Below are positions 29,807-38,814 of a DNA stretch of 47,501 bases, piece by piece (position 1 is the stretch's first letter; each line of letters starts with the position of its first letter). The DNA comes from a virus. Taxonomy: Duplodnaviria > Caudoviricetes. The notes under the pieces were generated by a model. That model saw only the letters and a list, made by a program, of their open reading frames with translations, did not search any database and was not told where the DNA came from. Where the stretch lies: the IMG/VR virus record IMGVR_UViG_3300033067_000394, positions 1 to 47,501 of that record; one strand, given 5' to 3'. Made by a program: the position numbers and the translations under genes.

Positions 29807-30936
29807 TCTACCCAAGCGTTTTTAGATTTGACCTCTTTGAAGAGTTCGTTATACCAGTTTGTTGGAGCATCATCTGCATCTGGATCAAAGATAACCATTT
29901 CACTTACAAGGAAGGAAATAAATTTATCATAGTCGGTCCATTTGTAAATATTCTTTTCAGAACTTCTAGAATTCCAAACTAAGTAGCCATCTCTATTGTC
30001 CAACACATGAGTGTTTAAACCTTGTTGAACTAAGTATTGAATTTCAAATCGCTGTTTACCTTCTGGAGATTTAAGTAAATCCATAACTTTTTGGAACTTC
30101 TCAATGTTAGACATTTGATGTGTCTTGTCACTGATATAGTTACTCAAAGCTTGTTTAACACCATCTCTAGGTGTAACACCTTTTACAATTACCCTACCTT
30201 GATGAGTGGTTAACAGTGATGCAACTTTATAATTCATAAATTCAGAAGCTTCAGTTTGAAGTTTGAATTTAGCAGCAATTGCAGCTTCAATAATATCCTG
30301 TTTACGCATTTTTTCCATTTCAGCTTCATTTTCTTCTGAAATATAAAACAGGTGTTCAACTGGATTAGCTTCAACTTTATTGGCAGCAATACGATTATGA
30401 TTCTTAATCAATTGAATTGCCATTCTCTGTCTTGGAGTATCATCAACAAATCGATTAGGTCTATCAAACAATTCAATAGAGAATTTTTCAATAAAACTTG
30501 GTTCACGATTCAAGAGTTGACTTGGTTGGAAATTCAGCATTGTTCCATTTTTAGCATTACTGTTATAGTAATCTGGATCAACGTTATCCAGGATTTCAAA
30601 CCATGTTTGTCTGGAAATTTGAGATTGTTTTACAATCTTTGGTAGAAGTTCTTGCCATTTTGGAGAAAGAGAATATGTAGAAAGAACTTCTTCAGCTTCC
30701 ATATTATATACAGGATTAGGAATTAATTCATCTAAGCCTGTAACATATTTATTCTGATAAACATCCAGTGGAAATTTAAGAGTTACTGAAGTTCCAACTT
30801 CACGAGTTTTATTCATAGATCTTCCTTCTGAAAGTTGTCCAGATTTAGGATCTACAATAGTAAATTTTTGTTTGTCTCTACCCTGAGATGCAACTCTTTG
30901 CACAGGTGATACAAATATAATAGTGTGATTTTTCAT
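29803..30936 (-). CDS. Conserved crAss-like protein following MCP (gene-75-like)
   Basis: 377 aa helical protein immediately downstream of MCP; called by gene order only. Confidence 0.55.
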   Translation of the reverse strand: MKNHTIIFVSPVQRVASQGRDKQKFTIVDPKSGQLSEGRSMNKTREVGTSVTLKFPLDVYQNKYVTGLDELIPNPVYNMEAEEVLSTYSLSPKWQELLPKIVKQSQISRQTWFEILDNVDPDYYNSNAKNGTMLNFQPSQLLNREPSFIEKFSIELFDRPNRFVDDTPRQRMAIQLIKNHNRIAANKVEANPVEHLFYISEENEAEMEKMRKQDIIEAAIAAKFKLQTEASEFMNYKVASLLTTHQGRVIVKGVTPRDGVKQALSNYISDKTHQMSNIEKFQKVMDLLKSPEGKQRFEIQYLVQQGLNTHVLDNRDGYLVWNSRSSEKNIYKWTDYDKFISFLVSEMVIFDPDADDAPTNWYNELFKEVKSKNAWVE

Positions 30937-30957
30937 ATCAAATTAAATTCTAATTTT

Positions 30958-30997
30958 CAAAAGAAAAAGGGGAAAGTTATTACACTCTCCCCTTTTT
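30958..30997 (-). terminator. Rho-independent terminator after MCP
   Basis: Minus strand AAAAAGGGGAGAGT-GTAATA-ACTTTCCCC-TTTTTCTTTT, 3 nt after stop 31001. Confidence 0.85.
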
Positions 30998-31000
30998 ACA

Positions 31001-31646
31001 TTATGCGTTTAAGTTCAGACGGATTTGACCAATACGAGATACATCCCATACGTTCAGAGAACCGGCAATTGTGCGATAGATACCAAGCTCTTTAGAGTTA
31101 GTATAAACATTACCACCAGAGATTTCTGCACCAGTTTCAAAGTTATATACACCAGATACAGTGTAATATTCTTCAACACCATCTTGCATTACCATACACA
31201 TGTTTTGTGAATCCATACCTTGTGGAGTTTGATTGGTAGTACCCAAGTCAAAAATATCCATAGTGAATGATTCCAAAGTGTAGTTAGTACCAGGAGCAAG
31301 TTCAGGGAATCTACTACGATCATCTTTAGTAGGATCGTGAACAATACTTACTTCTAAGCCGTTCATCATTTTGATCTTAGTAAATTGAGCGCCGTATTCC
31401 AGCTCATTACTGTGGTAACCTTCTGGAGTAGAGTTTTTCTGTGCAAACAGAGTGTCAACAGTTACGATACTTGAGTATTCTTCAAAGATCTTACGACTTA
31501 AGAATTGAATACCTGCTTCACCTGAAGCAATTTTGATCTTACGATCAGAGAAGTCTTTGCGGGTAAGAAAAATATTTTGGAAAAAGTTAAAAATGTCAGA
31601 CAAGCTCAAGCTACCATTGTGCTCAAGATAGTGACCATCTTTGACG
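31001..31646 (-). CDS. Major capsid protein, exon 2
   Basis: The frame stays open upstream of the track's TTG to (C)GTC AAA GAT GGT CAC (VKDGHYLEHNGS). Has ELEYGAQFTKIKMMNG..VSIVHDP..DD, a crAss-like MCP C-terminal pattern. Confidence 0.85.
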
Positions 31647-32814
31647 CGATGTCACTACATTATTACTAAAACTCTTTATTTTTAGTGCTTACACTTTCAT
31701 GTAAGAGTAGACTATATCTTCACACCTTAGTGTGTTCCCCGCTCGTGTCCATTTCTTCTACAGCATTATCTGTTTAGATTACTTTGATTAGTCGTTGAAC
31801 TTTTATCTTATTTCTAAGATACTTAGCTGCGGATTTGCTAATTCTTACTCTTTTTACTATACCGAGGTAATTATTCTCGCCCTTAAAACATCACTATTTT
31901 AAGTTAGTAAGTAAGACTCTAAAGCAGTTCCCGCAATTCAAGGAATTTTATAGACAGCCCATCAAGTTAATGTAATTTATACTCCAATGTTGGATGTATA
32001 AAAGGTTTAACTATAGACTTAAATTTTAAAGCATATTTTACAGGAAGATATAAACTATTGTCTTGTGATATATTCCAAACTATTTGAAATTTATCAGAAC
32101 AATGTTTTATATAAAATTTTAAATCATCTTTTGTAAAAGAATTAGTAGACAACTTATATGAGTTACTGGTTTTACAACCATCATCCATAAAGTGAACTGC
32201 TAAAGATTGAGCATTATAATATTTTAACCATTCGGGATTTATACCTTTAATAGTATAACCAAATTCATTTAAACATTCAAGTCTTGAACTTGTTGCTTGA
32301 AATGAATAATATACCTTTTGATATTTTTTACTAAAACAATTACAATATCTTGTATGAAATAATAATGAAGGTAGCATTGAACATTTCCATTCACAATACT
32401 CAACTTGTTTAGTTGAGTGATGTAATTCAAGTCTGGATGTTTCCCCGTCAGTTCTTATATATCCATCTCCCAAAAGTGTTCCAACAATTAAAGATTTTTC
32501 TTTATTTGTTAATTTAATTTTAGGATGTTTAATATTAAGAGTTGTTCTTATTTCATTTATATAAGCTCTACTTATCTTTAGAAGTTTTGAAATCTCTTGA
32601 TCTCCATAACCTCTTTTTACAAATTTCTTTATAATTCTTCCCCAAGCAATAACACGAGATTCCTCAATTTTTAAATTTAAGGTTTGTGCTTTTGTATGTA
32701 CTGTGGTTCTGCTTACTTTTAATTTTTCAGCAATTTGTGTCACAGTGTACCCTTTGTTGTGGTAATAAACGATTGCTTTTTTCATACTATAATATTTAAA
32801 TTATGGTGTAAAAA
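31647..32814 (-). mobile_element. Group I self-splicing intron (1168 nt) in the major capsid gene
   Basis: Minus-strand core motifs in order: P AATTGCGGGAA, Q AATCCGCAGC, R GTTCAACGACTA, S AAGATATAGTC. P3 TTCCTTG/CGGGGAA, P7 GACTA/TAGTC, P9 CTTACAT-GAAA-GTGTAAG. The IGS TTGATG-GGCTGTCT (31952-31965) pairs with both exons; terminal G at 31647. Confidence 0.92.
31967..32785 (-). CDS. Intron-encoded LAGLIDADG homing endonuclease with two N-terminal HTH repeats
   Basis: LIVGTLLGDG and LAVHFMDDG motifs, LSTNSFT; HTH-like GYTVTQIAEKLKVSRTTV and GYGDQEISKLLKISRAYI. Confidence 0.9.
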   Translation of the reverse strand: MKKAIVYYHNKGYTVTQIAEKLKVSRTTVHTKAQTLNLKIEESRVIAWGRIIKKFVKRGYGDQEISKLLKISRAYINEIRTTLNIKHPKIKLTNKEKSLIVGTLLGDGYIRTDGETSRLELHHSTKQVEYCEWKCSMLPSLLFHTRYCNCFSKKYQKVYYSFQATSSRLECLNEFGYTIKGINPEWLKYYNAQSLAVHFMDDGCKTSNSYKLSTNSFTKDDLKFYIKHCSDKFQIVWNISQDNSLYLPVKYALKFKSIVKPFIHPTLEYKLH

Positions 32815-33764
32815 AGCTGTCTCCAACCAGCAGGAATTTTGATTGGTCTGCCAGAAGCTACATCAGTAGTTTTTTGCAGTTGACCAGATTCCATAGCCAT
32901 TTCACGATCCCACATTACTCTTTCTTCAAGACGAGCTTCAATAGAAGTAATAAAGGTACCTTTGGAAATAGCTTTACCTTCTTTAGTTTGAAGGTTCGTT
33001 TGATAAACATAACCAGAACTTACAGCAGAACCTTTCATTTTGGTACCACCTACAGTGTAACCATCATTAGGTACTGGTTGACCGTTTTTGCGAGCTGCAA
33101 TTTCAGTACGGATAAACTTGTCAGTGAATTCTGCTTTACGTGCATACTGGGTAGTCCAGTTAAACAGTTTAAACATTTCACCGTACTCATCAGGTCCGTA
33201 CAGGTTGTTAAGTTCATCAGCTACAAAAGTAGTAGATTGAGTACAAGTCATCCCGGGTTGCAGATACTTAGTAGGAATCCAAGCATTCATGTCACCAGTT
33301 TGAAGTTCTACTTCATATTCAGTAGAGTTTACTGAACGTTCTACACCTTGACCGATAATACGCAACAGTGGAAGATCTGCACCTGCAAGTTTAATATAAA
33401 CTGGCTCATGCAACCAAGGACGGTCAAGAGCAATTTTAAATCTCTGACCAGCTTTACCTGGATAGGTATCAGCAGTAATAAATTCTGTAAATCTAAATTC
33501 ACTGGCCGTACTGCCCATCAAATACCAAGTATATTCATCTACTCCACCTGGAAGCATATGAACTTGTTTTTGAGCAACAGTATAATACGTGAACTTTTTA
33601 TTGACCATATCTTCGCCTATTTTAGACGAAAACAGTTGAGCGCCTTTTACCCCGAACTCAAAGGGTTTGTAACTTCTGAACAAATTTGCGTGAGTGAAGC
33701 TATCAAAGTAGCTACCACCCCAACTTGTGCGTTCATGGGTTACTAATGCGGAACGTCTTTCCAT
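32815..33764 (-). CDS. Major capsid protein, exon 1 (spliced product about 531 aa)
   Basis: Follows portal and scaffold. DEYTWYL...FKIALDRPW...IPAGWRQL joins exon 2 in frame: 950 + 646 = 1596 nt. Confidence 0.85.
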
Positions 33765-33781
33765 TAGTTATAAAATTATTG

Positions 33782-34750
33782 TTATACAATTAAATCGTAA
33801 TTTTTAAATGAATCCTTAGTTGGCTCATCACTAGAACCCGAAGTTTTAGTAGTGGCCGAACTGAATCCAGATTTTTCAATTTTAGCTTTTAAAGAAGAAG
33901 TAGCTCTTGACTCTCCTCTTTTTTCAAAATCCGCAAGATTAAATTCTTTTCCATCAAACTTTGATAAAAAGTCTATCATCTGAATATACGCTTTTGGACT
34001 TTTAATAACATCCGACAAGATCTGATTTGTCTTAGGGATAGTTTGAAGAACTTTATCCTGTTGAGATTTTGCCCATTGAGTCTGACTCAATTCTGTTTTA
34101 ATAGAAGTATAAAACTGCTTCTGAGCTTCAATGGTCTGTTGTTGTTCTTCAGCTTTTTGCTGAATCAATTGTTCAGTTTTCTTAGGTTTGGAAGCTTGAA
34201 GTTTTTCAGCTTCAGAAATAAGTTCATTAGAATCTTCAAGATCATCTAATTGAGCTTGAATTGCCGCAGATCTTAATCCTTGAGATTTTAAATGATCTTC
34301 AAGAAAAGCTCTTGCTGAATCCAAGGTTGTTAAGTCAGGTTGAACCATCTCACCAAGATATTCCATCATAAATGATTTCAGTTCATCTTCAGTAAGATTA
34401 TCTCCTGCAGCAGCAATATACTTAAGTACAGATTGCGAGTGAGTTGGTAATACATCAATTGCTTTTTTTAACAACTGATTTGGAAGCTCATCAAGTTTTG
34501 AGTCGACATATTCAAATGTACCATCAAAGGCTTCATCTTCTGACAAGACTCCTTTTTCAACTAAAGCTTCGTAAGTAGCTCTGGCTAAAGGATCTTCAGT
34601 AATAACTTCTGCAGTTTCTTCTTGAGAAACTACTTCATCTTCTACAGTTTCTGCTGTAGTCTCTACTTCAGAAGACTCAATGTCTTCTATCTGTAGAATT
34701 ACCTCATTTTGAGGAAGTTCATCAAATGTTGGGAATTCTGTATTTTCCAT
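33782..34750 (-). CDS. Acidic scaffold-like protein (crAss gene-77-like)
   Basis: 322 aa with very acidic N-terminus and coiled-coil C-terminus, between portal and MCP. Confidence 0.65.
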   Translation of the reverse strand: MENTEFPTFDELPQNEVILQIEDIESSEVETTAETVEDEVVSQEETAEVITEDPLARATYEALVEKGVLSEDEAFDGTFEYVDSKLDELPNQLLKKAIDVLPTHSQSVLKYIAAAGDNLTEDELKSFMMEYLGEMVQPDLTTLDSARAFLEDHLKSQGLRSAAIQAQLDDLEDSNELISEAEKLQASKPKKTEQLIQQKAEEQQQTIEAQKQFYTSIKTELSQTQWAKSQQDKVLQTIPKTNQILSDVIKSPKAYIQMIDFLSKFDGKEFNLADFEKRGESRATSSLKAKIEKSGFSSATTKTSGSSDEPTKDSFKNYDLIV

Positions 34751-34770
34751 ACGTTTATTTATTCTTTACA

Positions 34771-34831
34771 CAAAATTAGTTAGTTATAATTGAATAATCA
34801 ATTCATTCATTTTTATAACTAACCAACTTTG
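34771..34831 (-). promoter_or_regulatory. Long inverted repeat containing a TAnnTTTG -7 promoter element upstream of scaffold/MCP
   Basis: Arms CAAAATTAGTTAGTTATAA (34771-34789) and TTATAACTAACCAACTTTG (34813-34831); minus-strand TAATTTTG at 34771-34778, 20 nt before the ATG. Confidence 0.6.
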
Positions 34832-34856
34832 CCGTACATTACAACTTAGTAAAATA

Positions 34857-37388
34857 TTACTTAGAAGGACGCTTATTTGCAACTTTATTTTTAATCTTTA
34901 ATTCCTCCTCTTTTAACCTAACTGTATCTTCATGTTTCTTTATATCTAAATTTAATTTAGCTTTATCCAAGTCATGATTCATCAGTTCAATTACATCCGG
35001 AGTTCCATCGTCATCTACATCAGTATCCTTGCTGAATCCAAGAGCAGATATAGTTGCTTGTTGAACCACAGTCTTTCTTCTCTCTTCTTCCTTAATTATA
35101 GCCAGTTCTTTCTCATGTTCAAATTTAATATTCTCAAGTTCTTTTTGCTGATCTAACATAGATTGTTGAGACTGTAAAGATTGCTCTTGTAATTGCATTT
35201 GTCTTTGATGAACTTTTTCTTCTTCAATTGCAATACGTTTATGAATTTCTTCAGGACTAGCTTTACTTACAATATCTTTTATAATCTGACTGACTGCAGT
35301 GATACCTTGACCTTGGTTCTGTGCAAAAGCTTGAGCATTCTGCAACATAATTTCAGCATATCTTTCAAAACTTGAACTGGAGTTAAGAAATAATCCAATA
35401 TCTGTATGTGACAAAGACTCTGGAGTAACTTGAAGAATTTGTTCAATATTACTCGGAGACCAATATTGGAATGACAATTCTGACAAATTTCTAACTCTCA
35501 TTTGAGTTTCACAATATGTTCTAAAATTAATCAGCCACTCATTCAATGCATCTTTCCAAATAGTAGAATGAATAAAGAAGTAAGGTTCTGTAATTGCATA
35601 ACTCTGCTGAAGAGATTGCTGATTATCAGATACATTTGAATTTTGTTGAAAACTGGCAAGACGTTGAGGGCTAATTCCCATTGCCATTGCAATTTCCTGT
35701 TTAATCAACTCTGACAAATTATGTAAGTTCATTAACTCAATTGCAGTACCAATCAAGTATCCTTGAGATCCAGGAGATCTTGTAGATGGAGGAAGTGCTC
35801 CAAATGAAGACTGAGATCCTGAATACAAATCCTTATTAGTCTTTTTTAGAATAGCTAAATAGGCAGCAACTTTATCCCGAATATTCTGACCAGTATGATC
35901 CTGACCTAAATTATCTGGAATTTGGTCAACATCAATTGATTGAATTGCACCTTGGTATTTAGCCAGCTCTCTATTCATTACATGCTTAACCCAAAGGAAT
36001 TGTAAATATGGAGCAATTGCACGCTGAACTAAACTAACAGATTTTGCATTTCTCGCATTAACTACTGCACCTTTAGTTGATAACTCAAAAGCTTCAAACG
36101 GTCTTTCAAGATTAGTAGTTTGATATGGAACCTCTCTTACAATAGGATAAACGTTAGAACCTAATCTAATAATTTCATACTTTCTTGGAATCCAAATTCT
36201 TTCAGCTTGAAATTCAGTATTAAAGTCTGTCCAAACAAACCTTTCAGTTTCCTGGTCATATCTATTAATAAACTTCTCTTTTTTAGCAGACTTTGGAATT
36301 TCAAAAGATGGATCTAATGGAACAGTTATTACCTCACCATATTCATCTTTATACGTCAAAAACAAAAGCTCTTTGAATGCTTTAAATTCAAAGTGTGTTT
36401 CCCAGATGAGAGTTCTATTATTGGTAAGGTAAGTAGAAGTTTGATTTAAACCTACAGTCTTATCAATATTTGGCTTAGACTGATTAATCAAAAGATCTTG
36501 TCTGGTATGGTCAAATACAACTTGATTGTCAATACCTAAAGAGTGCCTTTTATCTAAACCTCTACCAAAAGTAACTTGAAGTTTTTCAATGTCTTCATCT
36601 GATAAATCATAAGCCTCAATTGCATCAACTAACGCAACAGGCTTTTGATATGCAATCCATGCAGATTTATGGACAAACTTCTCATTTGGAGATTTATGCC
36701 ATAACACATAAAGTGGATTCCGAATCTCAATAATTGGTTTACCGTGCTTCCATCCTACATAAATAAACATCCTATCAGCAATTGCGATGTCAGACATTGT
36801 GTCAACTCTTTTATCAAGAATCTTCTGGTCATGGTTACAAAACTCCAGGGCTTTATTATAAAAGATTTCTACTTCAGATAACCAATTCTTTTGAGCCAAA
36901 TCTTCAGGCTCTAACTGTGTTCGTAAGCCTTGAACAAATTCTTGAGTTTGCTTCTCATCCATCCCTTGCATCTGCATTTCCATTTTCTGAAGATCAATTG
37001 CCAGCTTTTCATCTACAGACTGCTTAATAGCCTCAAACATTTTTTGATTCTTAGATTTAATCGCATTTGCTGATAAAAGCATCAGATGCAATTGATCTCG
37101 TCTTTGAACAACCTCACCTTTAAGAATATTTACTGCATTGTGCAGTTCTGGATAAGGTTGAATTTCTTCATCTACTTCACCAATTTCTTCGCCCAAAGGA
37201 TTGCAAAAACGTTTAATCAAATCTTTAAAATTTGTTAAATCATTATTTACAACTTTATAGGCAGTTATCATAGACTGATAATCATCAGAATCTGGAAGTA
37301 AAGTAGGTATAGTCATGTGCAGATAATCCTTGAACCACTGCCCATCATTTTTGTATTTCTCTTTTTCGGAGATTTTTAGTTTAATCAT
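34857..37388 (-). CDS. Portal protein
   Basis: 843 aa with IQPYPEL...L.GE...R, SLV....PYL and GISPQRL motifs, a coiled-coil barrel and a C-terminal DVDDDGTPD motif; upstream of scaffold and MCP. Confidence 0.85.
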   Translation of the reverse strand: MIKLKISEKEKYKNDGQWFKDYLHMTIPTLLPDSDDYQSMITAYKVVNNDLTNFKDLIKRFCNPLGEEIGEVDEEIQPYPELHNAVNILKGEVVQRRDQLHLMLLSANAIKSKNQKMFEAIKQSVDEKLAIDLQKMEMQMQGMDEKQTQEFVQGLRTQLEPEDLAQKNWLSEVEIFYNKALEFCNHDQKILDKRVDTMSDIAIADRMFIYVGWKHGKPIIEIRNPLYVLWHKSPNEKFVHKSAWIAYQKPVALVDAIEAYDLSDEDIEKLQVTFGRGLDKRHSLGIDNQVVFDHTRQDLLINQSKPNIDKTVGLNQTSTYLTNNRTLIWETHFEFKAFKELLFLTYKDEYGEVITVPLDPSFEIPKSAKKEKFINRYDQETERFVWTDFNTEFQAERIWIPRKYEIIRLGSNVYPIVREVPYQTTNLERPFEAFELSTKGAVVNARNAKSVSLVQRAIAPYLQFLWVKHVMNRELAKYQGAIQSIDVDQIPDNLGQDHTGQNIRDKVAAYLAILKKTNKDLYSGSQSSFGALPPSTRSPGSQGYLIGTAIELMNLHNLSELIKQEIAMAMGISPQRLASFQQNSNVSDNQQSLQQSYAITEPYFFIHSTIWKDALNEWLINFRTYCETQMRVRNLSELSFQYWSPSNIEQILQVTPESLSHTDIGLFLNSSSSFERYAEIMLQNAQAFAQNQGQGITAVSQIIKDIVSKASPEEIHKRIAIEEEKVHQRQMQLQEQSLQSQQSMLDQQKELENIKFEHEKELAIIKEEERRKTVVQQATISALGFSKDTDVDDDGTPDVIELMNHDLDKAKLNLDIKKHEDTVRLKEEELKIKNKVANKRPSK

Positions 37389-38814
37389 GTAAGATATATG
37401 ATGTATTTATTAACAATTCTGCTAAGGCAAAACTATTTAATAATGCGTTAATAATCACATTTGTTGGATCTAATAATGTAGGATCTAATTGTTTTGTTCT
37501 AACATTATATGGTGCATTTAAAGCAATTGAAGTATCAACAATGTTTGCATTACTCCTTATTTTATACACTGGAGCCAAAAGAACTTGACCAAATTCAGGC
37601 ATAAGTAATTCGTATTGATGCCATATGTCTGCTAATTCTGCACCTGTGCCTCTGACATAACCACCTTTTACAGCAGTTTTACAAGCACCAATTGCATCTT
37701 CAATTCTATCAAATTCTTCTTGAGCATTTGCTAAAGTTCTGCCGCCAACATAAATAATAGCTGACGTTTGATTTAAGCAATCAATTCTTTTAGCATAATC
37801 CTTAACATCAAAGTCTTCTGTAGCAGCTTCAGATTGAGCTTCCAACTGCTTAACTCGATTTCTAATTTTTTTACTATCCGGATTATTATAAATTGTAAAA
37901 TCTGTCGAGGTAACAGTAATTTTATTACATGCACCATTGGTACCTAAAAACGCTTTAATGTCTTTAATATTCTCTTTTACACCAGCTCCCCAACCTGGAA
38001 GTTTAAGTAAACAGATCTGTAAGTTTTTAGCATTCTTATTTGTAAGTGCGTATCTAATAAAAGAATCAGAATAGTCTCTGGCAATAATTACAAGTGGAAC
38101 ACCTTCTTCATGAAGATCATTAATTGCCTCAATGTAATCTTCCATCTTACCAAGTACTTCATCAGTAATCCAAATTACTGGCTTTTCTGCTTGAAAAGTG
38201 CCATTAGTTTGATTAGCAAATAATGGATGGATTAATCCGCCATCAAAGTTTAGTCCTTTAGTTATCTCGTAATAAGTTGCTGGAGAATGATCTGAAAGTT
38301 GTACTGAAATACTTGCCTTTAAACCAACCTTTCTATAGATTTCATAAATATATTTTGCAAGTCTTTCATTCTTACATGAAGTAAGTGCAATATTATAAAT
38401 ATCATCTAATGATTCGATCATACTAGATCTCTTGATTAATTCATCAACTACTAATTGAATCTGATTTCTCCAAAGATCTAATGTTTCATTAATCGGATTA
38501 GTTTCACAAATAGTAAACAATCTAGACACAAATTCTTTTGTAAATAAAGAAGTAAGCGTGGTACCATCACCACATTCATTCACAGTTTTATTTGCAGCCG
38601 TAATTAGCATCTGCGCACCAGCATCTTCTTCTGGATCTTTAAACTGAATTTTCTTAGCTACAGAAACTCCATCCTTTGTAAATTGAAGATTCTTTTTTTC
38701 AAACATTAAGACATTCTTTCCAGAGCCACCCATTGTAGAAGTGATAATATCTGCAGCCTTAACTATTCCATTTAATACTCCTTTCGTAGAGTCGTTATTA
38801 TTCTCAAGTCTCAT
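37381..38814 (-). CDS. groEL: Phage-encoded GroEL-like chaperonin (Cpn60)
   Basis: TMGGSGKNV, FTKDGVSVAKKI, ATP-binding GDGTT, GLNFDGG, PLVIIARD, AIIYVGG.T, DRIEDAIGACKTAVKGG, LDPTNV...AL.NS. Confidence 0.93.
   Translation of the reverse strand: MRLENNNDSTKGVLNGIVKAADIITSTMGGSGKNVLMFEKKNLQFTKDGVSVAKKIQFKDPEEDAGAQMLITAANKTVNECGDGTTLTSLFTKEFVSRLFTICETNPINETLDLWRNQIQLVVDELIKRSSMIESLDDIYNIALTSCKNERLAKYIYEIYRKVGLKASISVQLSDHSPATYYEITKGLNFDGGLIHPLFANQTNGTFQAEKPVIWITDEVLGKMEDYIEAINDLHEEGVPLVIIARDYSDSFIRYALTNKNAKNLQICLLKLPGWGAGVKENIKDIKAFLGTNGACNKITVTSTDFTIYNNPDSKKIRNRVKQLEAQSEAATEDFDVKDYAKRIDCLNQTSAIIYVGGRTLANAQEEFDRIEDAIGACKTAVKGGYVRGTGAELADIWHQYELLMPEFGQVLLAPVYKIRSNANIVDTSIALNAPYNVRTKQLDPTLLDPTNVIINALLNSFALAELLINTSYILHD

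Noticed and set aside
31644-32813. Alternative splice junction giving WRQLFKDG
   Set aside because: It also satisfies the U/G rule but does not fit the contiguous P1/P10 guide, which selects AGACAGCU|CGUCAA.
31001-33764. Treating 32796-33764 and 31001-31609 as two independent genes
   Set aside because: The group I core, internal guide pairing and in-frame junction show they are exons of one capsid gene.
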